A DNA stretch of 63,517 nt, counting the filler, from Octopus bimaculoides (taxonomy: Eukaryota), in assembly GCF_001194135.2 (NCBI RefSeq). It is 5 parts of 4 records of this genome, joined end to end, with 100 filler letters (N's around TTAATTAATTAA, not from the genome) between each part and the next. Parts side by side here need not be neighbours in the genome. Positions count along the whole stretch, not along the records: positions 27,568 to 57,232 come from NC_068983.1; positions 57,333 to 61,025 come from NC_068998.1; positions 61,126 to 63,517 come from NC_068981.1; 2 more parts are not named here. One strand, written 5' to 3'. The notes beneath the pieces were generated by a model, which had not been told where the DNA came from, searched no databases, and worked only from the letters and a program-made list of their open reading frames with translations. A program made the translations under genes and the position numbers. This document shows, one piece after another, positions 53,514 through 63,517 of this stretch. Each line of letters begins with the position of its first letter. Position 1 is the first letter of the stretch.

Positions 53514-54944
53514 GGGGGGTGTACCTATAAATTATATATATACATACGTATATATATATATGTGTGTGTATGTGTGTGTATATATATCGATATATATAGG
53601 TATTGACCTATAAAGTACGCTCTCAAACATACACAAGCACACAAATATACATACATATGCATATGCATATGCATATAGCTGTTTCTATCTGTGTGTATGT
53701 GTGTGTGTAGGCTGGTATTGGTGGTATATATAGGTATATATTCACACTTTTGAAGCTAACTTGTCTAGACAAATATATTGATTTATAATTTCCTGATTAC
53801 ACCAGCATGGCCACTGTCGTATGACTAAAGGAAAATAGAATATATATATGCACACATACACACACAGACACAAACACGCAATCACACACACATGTGCATG
53901 TACACGTATATGTATGTAAAAATATCTTTGCATGTGTGCTTTTTGATGCACCTATGTGCATTGAGTTTGTACATTTATGTACAAGTTCATATAAAATGCA
54001 CAAATACACAGACTTATTGATGTGCATATACGTGTGTGTTTGTCTGTGTGTGTGTATGTATATATATATATATGCATATATACGTATATAAACATTCATA
54101 CACATGCATACATTCATATATATATACATATNNNNNNNNNNNNNNNNNNNNNNNNNNNNNNNNNNNNNNNNNNNNNNNNNNNNNNNNNNNNNNNNNNNNN
54201 NNNNNNNNNNNNNNNNNNNNNNNNNNNNNNNNNNNNNNNNNNNNNNNNNNNNNNNNNNNNNNNNNNNNNNNNNNNNNNNNNNNNNNNNNNNNNNNNNNNN
54301 NNNNNNNNNNNNNNNNNNNNNNNNNNNNNNNNNNNNNNNNNNNNNNNNNNNNNNNNNNNNNNNNNNNNNNNNNNNNNNNNNNNNNNNNNNNNNNNNNNNN
54401 NNNNNNNNNNNNNNNNNNNNNNNNNNNNNNNNNNNNNNNNNNNNNNNNNNNNNNNNNNNNNNNNNNNNNNNNNNNNNNNNNNNNNNNNNNNNNNNNNNNN
54501 NNNNNNNNNNNNNNNNNNNNNNNNNNNNNNNNNNNNNNNNNNNNNNNNNNNNNNNNNNNNNNNNNNNNNNNNNNNNNNNNNNNNNNNNNNNNNNNNNNNN
54601 NNNNNNNNNNNNNNNNNNNNNNNNNNNNNNNNNNNNNNNNNNNNNNNNNNNNNNNNNNNNNNNNNNNNNNNNNNNNNNNNNNNNNNNNNNNNNNNNNNNN
54701 NNNNNNNNNNNNNNNNNNNNNNNNNNNNNNNNNNNNNNNNNNNNNNNNNNNNNNNNNNNNNNNNNNNNNNNNNNNNNNNNNNNNNNNNNNNNNNNNNNNN
54801 NNNNNNNNNNNNNNNNNNNNNNNNNNNNNNNNNNNNNNNNNNNNNNNNNNNNNNNNNNNNNNNNNNNNNNNNNNNNNNNATATATATATATATATATATA
54901 TATATATAGCATATATGTGCTTATAAATTCTTTTACATTTATTT

Positions 54945-55304
54945 TTTTACTTGTTTCAGTCAGTTAGCTGCAGCCAAGCTGGAGCACTACCTTTAGTCGA
55001 AAAAAATCGACCCCAGAATTTATTCTTTGTAAGCCTTGTACTTATTCTTTGTGTCTCTTTTGGCCGAACCGCTGAGTGACGGGGACATAAACACACCATC
55101 TTCGGTTTTCAAGCGATGGTGGTGGTGGTGTGTGTGTGTGTGTGGGACAAACAAACACAAATAACAAATACGTACATACAAATGCACTCACATGGATAGC
55201 CCGAGGCTATAGTAGTAGACACTTGCCGAAGGTGCCACGCAGTGGGACTGAACGCGGAACCATGTGGTTGGGAAGCAAGCTTCTTACCACCCAGCCACTC
55301 CTGC

Positions 55305-55306
<2 letters not shown>
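54945..55306 (-). mobile_element. SINE family B
   Basis: Reverse complement of the head (GCGCAGGAGTGGCTGGGTGGTAAGAAGC) through the tail. Confidence 0.9.
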
Positions 55307-55351
<45 letters not shown>

Positions 55352-55521
55352 NNNNNNNNNNNNNNNNNNNNNNNNNNNNNNNNNNNNNNNNNNNNNNNNN
55401 NNNNNNNNNNNNNNNNNNNNNNNNNNNNNNNNNNNNNNNNNNNNNNNNNNNNNNNNNNNNNNNNNNNNNNNNNNNNNNNNNNNNNNNNNNNNNNNNNNNN
55501 NNNNNNNNNNNNNNNCACACA

Positions 55522-55736
55522 CAGGGTGGCCCAAAGTAGATTTACAGTTATTCAACTATCTCTTTCGCATTCCTTTATTAACAGTTTAGATATGATATGA
55601 AACCATTATTCTTTGCTAATTTGATTTTGTCATGTCCCCTTAGTTTGTAAGATAGAAATTTAAATGTAATAAAATGTTTTAAAACAAATTTAAAATGCCT
55701 ACCTGATAACTGTAAACCCACTTTTGGGCCACCCTG
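55522..55736. mobile_element. Tc1/mariner-superfamily MITE (~215 bp)
   Basis: TIRs CAGGGTGGCCCAAAGTAGATTTACAGTTAT and ATAACTGTAAACCCACTTTTGGGCCACCCTG. TA follows the right end. Confidence 0.88.
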
Positions 55737-55794
55737 TAGATATAATACCTAAGTACTTAAATTGCACTTATGACTATCTATCTATAGATATTTG

Positions 55795-55995
55795 TTTCAA
55801 TTTTTGGCTAGTTCGTGGGAGGGTTTAAGTCAATTACAATGATCCCTATGCTCAACTGATACTTATTTTATCGACTGCGTAAGGTTGAAAGGCAAATTCG
55901 TCTTCGGCAGTATTTTGAAATCAGACTGTAAAGACGGACAAAATGCCGCAACGCATTTGCCCGGCGTGCTAACAATTCTGTCAGCTCGTCGCCTT
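55795..55995 (-). mobile_element. SINE family A
   Basis: GCCCGGCGTGCTAACAATTCTGTCAGCTCGTCGCCTT head (reverse complement). Confidence 0.85.
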
Positions 55996-56139
55996 GAATC
56001 TATCTATAAGTACTGATAATCAGTACATCAAACTTAAATAATTGATACTGCTGAAATCTTTCTCAGTTACGGCGTTCGTCTTGAGGAAGTGTTATAAATA
56101 TATAATGTCAAAAGGTGAGAAATATTTCAACAGAAGCCT

Positions 56140-56289
56140 AGGGTGGTTGTGTAGTAAGAAACTTACTTTCACGTCATTCTGTGTTCAGTTCTACTTCGTG
56201 ATACCTTTATGATATGCCTTTCACTATAGCTTTGTGCGGACCAAGTCCTTCTGAGTGGATTTGGTGGAGGGAAACTGAAAGAAGTCTCG

Positions 56290-56290
<1 letters not shown>
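56140..56290 (+). mobile_element. SINE family B, 5' half (diverged)
   Basis: GTGGATTTGGTGGAGGGAAACTGAAAGAAGTCTCGT, then (TA)n. Confidence 0.75.
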
Positions 56291-56330
<40 letters not shown>

Positions 56331-56335
<5 letters not shown>

Positions 56336-57146
56336 TGTGATGGATAAATGTTGTTGAGTTTGTCGACTATACACTATATTTGGGTCAGATGGGCTCCGTC
56401 TTTGAGAAAAAATGCACCATGAAGCGATTCACTCTGCCAGGAAATAGGCAACGGCATGCTGTAGTGCTGGACATTCGCGCTGGAAGCTCCAATACAAACT
56501 GATGCTGAACCCACAAAACAACCGTTGGTTTGCCGTGTCCCACCAAAATGTACCGAGAGTGATAAAAATCAAACATCCAGTCAACAGCATGGTGTTTGGA
56601 GTGATTACTAGTGATGGCGAAGTTATGCCTCCATTCATCTTCTCATACGGCCTGAGACTCAACACGGAGGCCTACATTACGTGCCTGGCGGAGTTGTGTT
56701 GTCATGGTTCAAGAGGGTGGCTGCTGGAAATCTCTATGTCTGACACCATACCGGACAAACGGGAGAACCCAGTCGTGGCTGTCATACAATTTCTGCGACT
56801 ACATCTCCCCTAATTTTCCAACCTGCAACCTCCTTGATTATTATGTGTGGGCGCAGTTGAATGAGAGAGTAGCAAAACTCCTTGTAACACCGAAGATGAA
56901 CTGAGGGCAAGGATTATGGTAGCATTCACCAACTTAAACAAGGAGACCGTCCACTAGAGATGTGGGAGATCCCGAAATCGTCTGGAGGCCGTGGTTGAAG
57001 CCAATGGCAATTTAATTGAATTAATTTACTCCTTACCATTTCAAGATACCTTTATGCAGTTTTTGGAAATATATCTGTTAAAATGAGATATCAGTGTTAT
57101 TTTCATTTTTGTGTAATTTAGAGGACAATATATTCATCGCACCCTA
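56331..57146 (+). mobile_element. Internally deleted Tc1/mariner (maT/DD37D-like) DNA transposon relic
   Basis: NPQNNRWFAVSHQNVPRVIKIKHPVNSMVFGVITSDGEVMPPFIF.YGLRLNTEAY...RTQSWLSYNFCD...CNLLDYYVW, frameshifted. Imperfect TIRs at 56331-56353 and 57124-57146, flanked by TA. The subfamily call is inferred from similarity. Confidence 0.85.
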
Positions 57147-57332
57147 TATATATATATTTATATATATGTGACACTTATTCGGTAGCCATGATAAAACTCC
57201 AAGTTTCGGATGCCGGGGTGGGAGCCCACGCCNNNNNNNNNNNNNNNNNNNNNNNNNNNNNNNNNNNNNNNNNNNNTTAATTAATTAANNNNNNNNNNNN
57301 NNNNNNNNNNNNNNNNNNNNNNNNNNNNNNNN

Positions 57333-57570
57333 ACAATGTAACCTCCTGGATATCGTTGGCGATTTTTTCTTCCTCCGTCTTCCCTTCTCTGGACTTTCCT
57401 ATGTTTCCGACGAAGAGCTCCGCTCGAAACGTCAAATTCTCTTTCGTTCCTTTCCCGAGCGTCCAGTAATACAATATCTGTATCACGTCCTTGCGTTGTT
57501 GTTTTTTGTTGTCTTTTTGTCGTTTTTCTTTTTTGAACCTTTATATATACATATATATATATATATATGT
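57333..57570 (+). repeat. Short repeat carrying a minimal hammerhead motif (one core substitution)
   Basis: GTTT-CCGACGA-A-GAGC-TCC-GCTC-GAA-ACGT-C-AAAT at 57403-57437. Ends in (TA)n. Confidence 0.65.
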
Positions 57571-57574
57571 GTAA

Positions 57575-57730
57575 ACGACGAACTTTTTCAGTTTCCGTTT
57601 TCCAAATCCACATATAAGGTCCTGGTTGACCCTGGGCTATAGTAGAACACACTTGCTCAAAGTGCCACGCTATGGGACTAGACCTCGAACCATGTGGTTG
57701 GGAAGAAAACTTCTTATCACAGAACCACGT
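57575..57730 (-). mobile_element. SINE family B, 5' half
   Basis: TTTTCAGTTTCCG...GCTATAGTAGAA.ACACTTGCTCAAAGTGCCACGC...AACCATGTGGTTGGGAAG. Confidence 0.85.
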
Positions 57731-58673
57731 GTGGCATGCAAACCAGTAGTGTAAAATAAACTTTTGATCAGTTCAAATATGTTTGAAATATATTTGACTT
57801 ATGAAAAGGTATTTTCATTCCAGTTTGCTATGGAAAGGTGTACACACACCAAAGTCAATTCAGAACTCCTACTATATATTAACTGATGCATTTCCATTTT
57901 ACGTGCCACGCCCAACATTGGTGAGGTCACCATATAACTTGCAAGACAAGGGTCCCTCAATTGAGTGGGGAAATAGTATTGAAGGAGGTGGATTTGTGCC
58001 ACAGCATTGTCTCAAGGTGTAAAGAAATGAGGAAAAAAGAGTGGTGTCGCTAAGTGCAAAACAGAATCGAGGTAATGAACGTTAAGGGCGTTCGATCAGG
58101 TGGTGAATATTAGCAAGGAAAGAGTGGTTACATATGGAAGCAAGAAAAACTGACAGAAGTGATTGAGGGTTTGAATAAAAATGACTTAAATAAATTTTCA
58201 ATAAAATACTTAGAATGTATGGCAGTTAGAATAAATTCATCTTACGTATATTCTTGTGAGAGAAAATGAAAACAGATTTACTTAAAGATCGCTTAACGGA
58301 AAACAATTTATATATATACATATCCAGCAGTAACTTTCCTTGTTTTTAGTCCCAGAATTCTTGAATTCTACTATTCTACTATTTTACTATCATCGGAAGA
58401 TAAATTTACAACCTGGAGAAACAAATATAAACCAAAACAAAACCCAAGATTATTTCTAAAACTAGTCCCGTGAGTACAATTCCTTTCTCTTGATTTGCAT
58501 TAAACACACCGGTCATTCTGATGTGTACTAAATACACTGAACTCTCTCTCACACACACAGATATAGCCACGCATTTCCGAATATATCGACACAAACTTCA
58601 CAACGGTGCATTCACTTTTATACATCAAGTCATCAATAACTGACGTATTGTGTATAATACTGTGCCACTGAAT

Positions 58674-59935
58674 ATGGCCAATGATATTCTAAAACGCCAC
58701 TGGGTAGAAAACGAAATCAGTGCACTGATAAACGCTTGGTACACTCACCATAACGATTGTGTAAAGGCTAATGTCTACAATAAATCGCTGAAAAATTAGC
58801 GTCACAATCCTTTTACAGATCTATAAAACAGATCGAAAACAAAATAAAAGAAATCACAAGATCATTTCATACTTTGCACACGCACATGGCAACACTAGAA
58901 GCTATACTTGTCAATGGATGTAGTGCACCAATTGACCCAACTCCAACAGGTCAGGGGTCACTTCAACGACCCGCTAACCAGCAACAAACAACATCCTCAT
59001 TGACCTAATTCCACCCAAGACTACCGTGGCAAGCCAGGACTCACTACCACAACAACAACAGCTTGCTACTGCTACTATATTGGAAGCACCTTGTTTGGCA
59101 CCACTATCTGACCTGATTCCACCCAGCCCTACTGTTGCAAGTCAAATTTCATTGCCGCTACAACAACAGAAACAACAACAACAACAACAACAACAATAAC
59201 TGTCTGCTACTGCTACTACAGTAGGACCACTGACCAACGAGCCTGCCAGTACAGAAAAACCTCTACTATGCCCACGTCAAAAACCCTGTCGTTACCATTC
59301 ACAAGGTAACTGTAGATTTGGCCCCAGTGGCACCAATAACAAGGGACGCTGTGCTTTTTTCCATCCTACCTTATGCCGTAGACTTGTTAAGGGCACCTGT
59401 CCAAATGGTATAACGGGAACAAACTGCCCTCACCTCCACCCCAAATATTGTCCTAAATACAGAGTCCATGGCCCTGATCCTAAATATGAATGCACAAAAG
59501 GCAATGGATGCACCTTCTTCCATCCTAAACTGTGCCAAACTTCTGTGTCATTAAGAATGTGCTTGAACCCAGAATGCAACTACCACCATCTGAAGGTCAC
59601 AAAACGATCGAAAAATAAATATAAACAGCAACAGAGGAGACCTACAACAACAACAAAAACAAAACACAACCACATTTCACCTCCTACAACCAAACAACGA
59701 AGACAGAACTATGGGAAAACCATAACACCAAATAACATAAATATGAACTATGTACCCTCTGACCAAATGGAAAATCAAAGAGGCAACTCTTTTTTACTGA
59801 CTTATCTAGAAAATATGAAAGCCGACCTAAGCCAGGAGATACAACGGCCTATATGCGACCATTTATGCAAAACACAAAGAAAATACACCCACCACCAACT
59901 AGAAAATCATACATACACAGCTCCATACAAAAACC
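58674..59935 (+). pseudogene. Disrupted intronless ORF: Myb/SANT-like N-terminus + Q/T/P-rich linker + four tandem CCCH zinc fingers (possible LINE ORF1 or retrocopy)
   Basis: MANDILKRHWVENEISALINAW...[fs]LASQSFYRSIKQIENKIKEITRSF...[fs]...polyQ with TAA at 59197, then an open frame 59200-60033 with four C-x7..13-C-x4..12-C-x3-H units at 59287-59589. Interrupted by a SINE near 59940. Confidence 0.7.
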
Positions 59936-59939
59936 ACCC

Positions 59940-60053
59940 TCATGAAATAAAGTGTCTTGCTCAAGAACGCAGCACACAAATCCGGTCTAGGAATCAGACT
60001 CTCTTCTTCACAGTTGTGAGCCCGACGCTCTAACCATTGAGCCATGCGCCTTC
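59940..60053 (-). mobile_element. tRNA-derived SINE head (family D)
   Basis: GAAGGCGCATGGCTCAATGGTTAGAGCGTCGGGCTCAC...TTCTTGAGCAAGACACTTTATTTC. Confidence 0.8.
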
Positions 60054-60084
60054 TATATAATATTATATATTAAGGGAGTCTTTG

Positions 60085-60320
60085 AACCTCATTTTGGGTT
60101 TATGTGCAACAGAACATATGCAACCTATGGAGAGATGTTCCGTTCAGCTGGAGAATTAAAAAGACATGTCAAAAGTCTTCATACTGTGGCACCTTTTCCT
60201 TCTGCGAGCCAGCACAACTGTGCATTATGCAATAAAATGTGCAACCCTTTGGCAGGGCGCAAAAGTCATAGAAAGGCCTCACATTGCGTTATCAATGGCT
60301 CATTCTATGATATTTTCTAG
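60085..60320 (+). mobile_element. Decayed double C2H2-finger fragment, probably an RTE-type LINE C-terminus
   Basis: YGEMFRSAGELKRHVKSLH and CALCNKMCNPLAGRKSHRKASH*, followed by (CTAT)n. Confidence 0.5.
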
Positions 60321-60353
60321 TAATGCTTTTGCTCGTATACAATAGAGCAGCCA

Positions 60354-60389
<36 letters not shown>

Positions 60390-61585
60390 ACGCACACACA
60401 CACACACACACACTCATATATATGAACATGTATATAAACATATATATATAAACACATACACACAATATGAAATTAAATTTGATAATATTGTTACTCGGAG
60501 GTACGTTCTACTGGTTGAGAGAATGGAAGAGAAGAGGGTGGTGAATGAGTAGAGATTTAAATACAGTAGTCTAGTCGAGACGACAATCTATGATGTCTAT
60601 CGTGAAAGAACTGCGTATGTTCCCACAACTGTTGACATTACGGAAGTAGCACTGAAGTCAGGTCAAAGGTCAAAGTAACGCTGAAGAGAACAACTTGCGT
60701 ATTGGTGTCTATGTAACAGCGTTATATTGACGCTAATCTACGTCTATATTAGTTTGTGTATGCATGTATATGCTTAGATGTGTGTGTGTGTGGGGGGGGC
60801 TGCATGTGCGCGCGCATGCGTGTGTGTGTGAATGCTTGTGTTTGTATGCGTGTACTTGTATATACTTCTAGAAGTGTGTGTATATGTGGTAGGGCATATG
60901 TATGCATGCATCTCGTAGTATTGTGTTTGTAAACATGCATACATACGTACACAAACACACGCATATCTATACAAAGACACAGATATATAATATATATATA
61001 TATACATATATATATATAAGATCGGNNNNNNNNNNNNNNNNNNNNNNNNNNNNNNNNNNNNNNNNNNNNTTAATTAATTAANNNNNNNNNNNNNNNNNNN
61101 NNNNNNNNNNNNNNNNNNNNNNNNNATATATATATATATATATAGTCATATGTACATATATGTGTATATGTGTGTGTATGTGTTGCGTGAGAAATAGATA
61201 GATAGAGAGAAAGAGAATGAGAGGAGAGAGGGGGAGAGAGAAAGAGAGGGGAGAGAGAGAAAGAAAGGGAGACAGACAGACAGACAAAAAGAGATAATTA
61301 CAGAAATAATGTTTGACAGCTGTATGGAAAATATTTTGTTTGTGCAAAACAGCAACTCTTACTTACTACTCAATAAAAATGAAATTTGTCAAAAATGAAA
61401 ACCATTAGGTTTACAGCAATGATATAGTGATATATAAATAATAAAATCAAAGCAATTAAGTAATGCTATATTAGTACAAGTAAAATGAGCCTGTATGTTG
61501 AAATAATATGCAAGCCGTGTTTTCCTGCATTCAGATCGAGTTTTTCGGATCGAAATTTACAGCCCCCCCCCCAAAAAAAAGTAGG

Positions 61586-61769
61586 TCTACTTATACACCG
61601 AAATAACTTTGGAGAACCAAAAGTTCTACTTATACACCGNNNNNNNNNNGGTCTACTTATACACCGAAATAACTTTGGAGAACCAAAAGTTCTACTTATA
61701 CACCGAAATAACTTTGGAGAACCAAAAGTTCTACTTATACACCGAAATAACTTTGGAGAACCAAAAGTT
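61586..61769. repeat. 39-bp minisatellite (TCTACTTATACACCGAAATAACTTTGGAGAACCAAAAGT)
   Basis: Identical abutting units with no spacers: three after the 10-N gap and about 1.4 before it. Confidence 0.95.
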
Positions 61770-62300
61770 CCATGCGAAAGGATTTAGAAAGATAGGGACT
61801 AAATACTACGTGGACATGTAATGCCAGAAAATACGATAATATGTTTTGTCTTCTCTAGATGTGATTGTGTTTCTAACTATCAGATGTTTATAAAAGTCTT
61901 ATAATATCATAATTTTTTGACACGTGATTTCGTCATCACCAGCATTCTGAAGAGAGTCTTATGAGAATTTCACTGTTTATATATTGTGGTGTCGAAACCA
62001 GTGATATACGGAAATAGTCGCAATAGGAAAATCAGAAAACGCTCGATATGCTTTGGCAAGAACTTTACAAAAGTACATAGTCATCGAAATAATTTATAAT
62101 TGCGAAGTATTTATTTCTCTAATTACTATAACAGCTCATTTCCGTAAATTAGATTTTAGATTCCATTTTTAACGTTAAGAAAAGAGAAGGCTAAGTTACG
62201 TATGGCGTTTAGACAACGTTAACCACCACACGAAGAATACCTGCAGTCCAATAATTCACCTGCACTACGTTTTAGTATGTATATAGTATGTATGTATGTA

Positions 62301-62512
62301 CGAGGGAGTACTGAAAAGTTCCTGGCTTTAGGTAAAAGAGAATAGAGGATGATCAGTCAATTATGATTTTACCCAACATATTCCCCTCTCAGATTCATAC
62401 ATTTATTGCAGCAGTCCTTCAGTTTTTCTAAGTCCTGTAAAAGAACTCGGAAGGTTGGGCCTCAGGCCTGTGGCTTTACCCTTAAAGCCAGGAACTTTAC
62501 AGCACCCCACCG
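62301..62512. mobile_element. Mariner-type MITE (~212 bp) in a (TATG)n tract
   Basis: TA-CGAGGGAGTACTGAAAAGTTCCTGGCTTTA ... TAAAGCCAGGAACTTTACAGCACCCCACCG-TA. Imperfect TIRs with a TA TSD. Confidence 0.88.
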
Positions 62513-63517
62513 TATGTATGTATGTATGTATGTATGTATGTATGTATGCATATGTAAGTATATATGTGTGTGTGTGTATGTGTTTATGCATGTATTATGT
62601 ATGTATGCATGTATGTATGTATGTATGTATGTATGCATATGTAAGTATATATATATGTGTGTGTGTGTTTATGTATGTATGTATGTATGTATGCATGTAT
62701 GTATGTATGTATGTATGTATTGTTCGTTGATCTGCTCATCCTCAACTAACAAAAGAGAGCAACAACAACAACAATAACGGGGAACATTCATTTAGTTTCT
62801 CGATCTACTAGAAATAACTCTCAAATCAACCACAAAACATCTTAGAAAAGGATATGTTGGATAATGTGGTACTGGGTTCCCANNNNNNNNNNGGAACTTT
62901 ACAGCACCCCACCGTATGTATGTATGTATGTATGTATGTATGCATATGTAAGTATATATATGTGTGTGTGTGTGTGTGTGTTTATGCATGTATTATGTAT
63001 GTATGCATGTATGTATGTATGTATGTATGTATGTATGCATATGTAAGTATATATATATGTGTGTGTGTGTTTATGTATGTATGTATGTATGTATGCATGT
63101 ATGTATGTATGTATGTATGTATTGTTCGTTGATCTGCTCATCCTCAACTAACAAAATCGAGCAACAACAACAACAATAACGGGGAACATTCATTTAGTTG
63201 CTCGATCTACTAGAAATAACTCTCAAATCAACCGCAAAACATCTTAGAAAAGGATATGTTGGATAATGTGGTACTGGGTTCCCAGCACATAGAAAGAAGA
63301 CGAGATGGTCACAATTAGAATTCTGTCTCCTATAGTAAACGTCTGGTAAATCTAATCGGTTTGAGGACGTGAATCTTATTTTGTCACACCCGTTTTTGTC
63401 TCAGTTTTTGACTATTTCTAGTGATTTGATGTCTAGTATTTCTCCTTAAGCATGTGAACTGGAAGTTGTCCATTATTTTCCTCCCATTTTATCGCTTTAT
63501 AGTTTTTACACCCGTAG

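Noticed and set aside
61586-61769. CRISPR array
   Set aside because: The units abut with no unique spacers, there are no cas genes, and the context is eukaryotic.
62492-63282. Tandem ~390-bp duplication
   Set aside because: The copies flank a 10-N gap and differ by only a few bases and microsatellite lengths. Most likely unmerged alleles. The same applies to 2960-3110 vs 3236-3384.

Overview
AT-rich, draft-quality animal genomic DNA with many N gaps and abundant (TA)n/(CA)n/(TAA)n/(TTC)n microsatellites. The SINE families look like those I recognise from Octopus (inference, not a database match). There are no prokaryotic features, no CRISPR array and no intact long host ORF. Most of the window is a transposon graveyard. 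It holds R4/Dong-like RLE non-LTR retrotransposon fragments at (TAA)n tracts, two decayed Penelope-like elements, RTE and L1/Tx1 LINE fragments, a maT-like Tc1/mariner relic, two MITEs and about 25 tRNA-derived SINEs. The best second-look items are: (1) a type I hammerhead ribozyme motif with a complete core at 46312-46365, plus several degenerate relatives; (2) a pseudogenised intronless ORF at 58674-59935 joining a Myb/SANT-like domain to four tandem CCCH zinc fingers; (3) repeated (TAA)n-targeted R4/Dong insertions, including a head-to-tail array; (4) a fold-back repeat and a small hairpin element flanked by a target-site duplication (TSD); (5) a few isolated candidate host exons. All calls are by eye, and boundaries are approximate unless stated.
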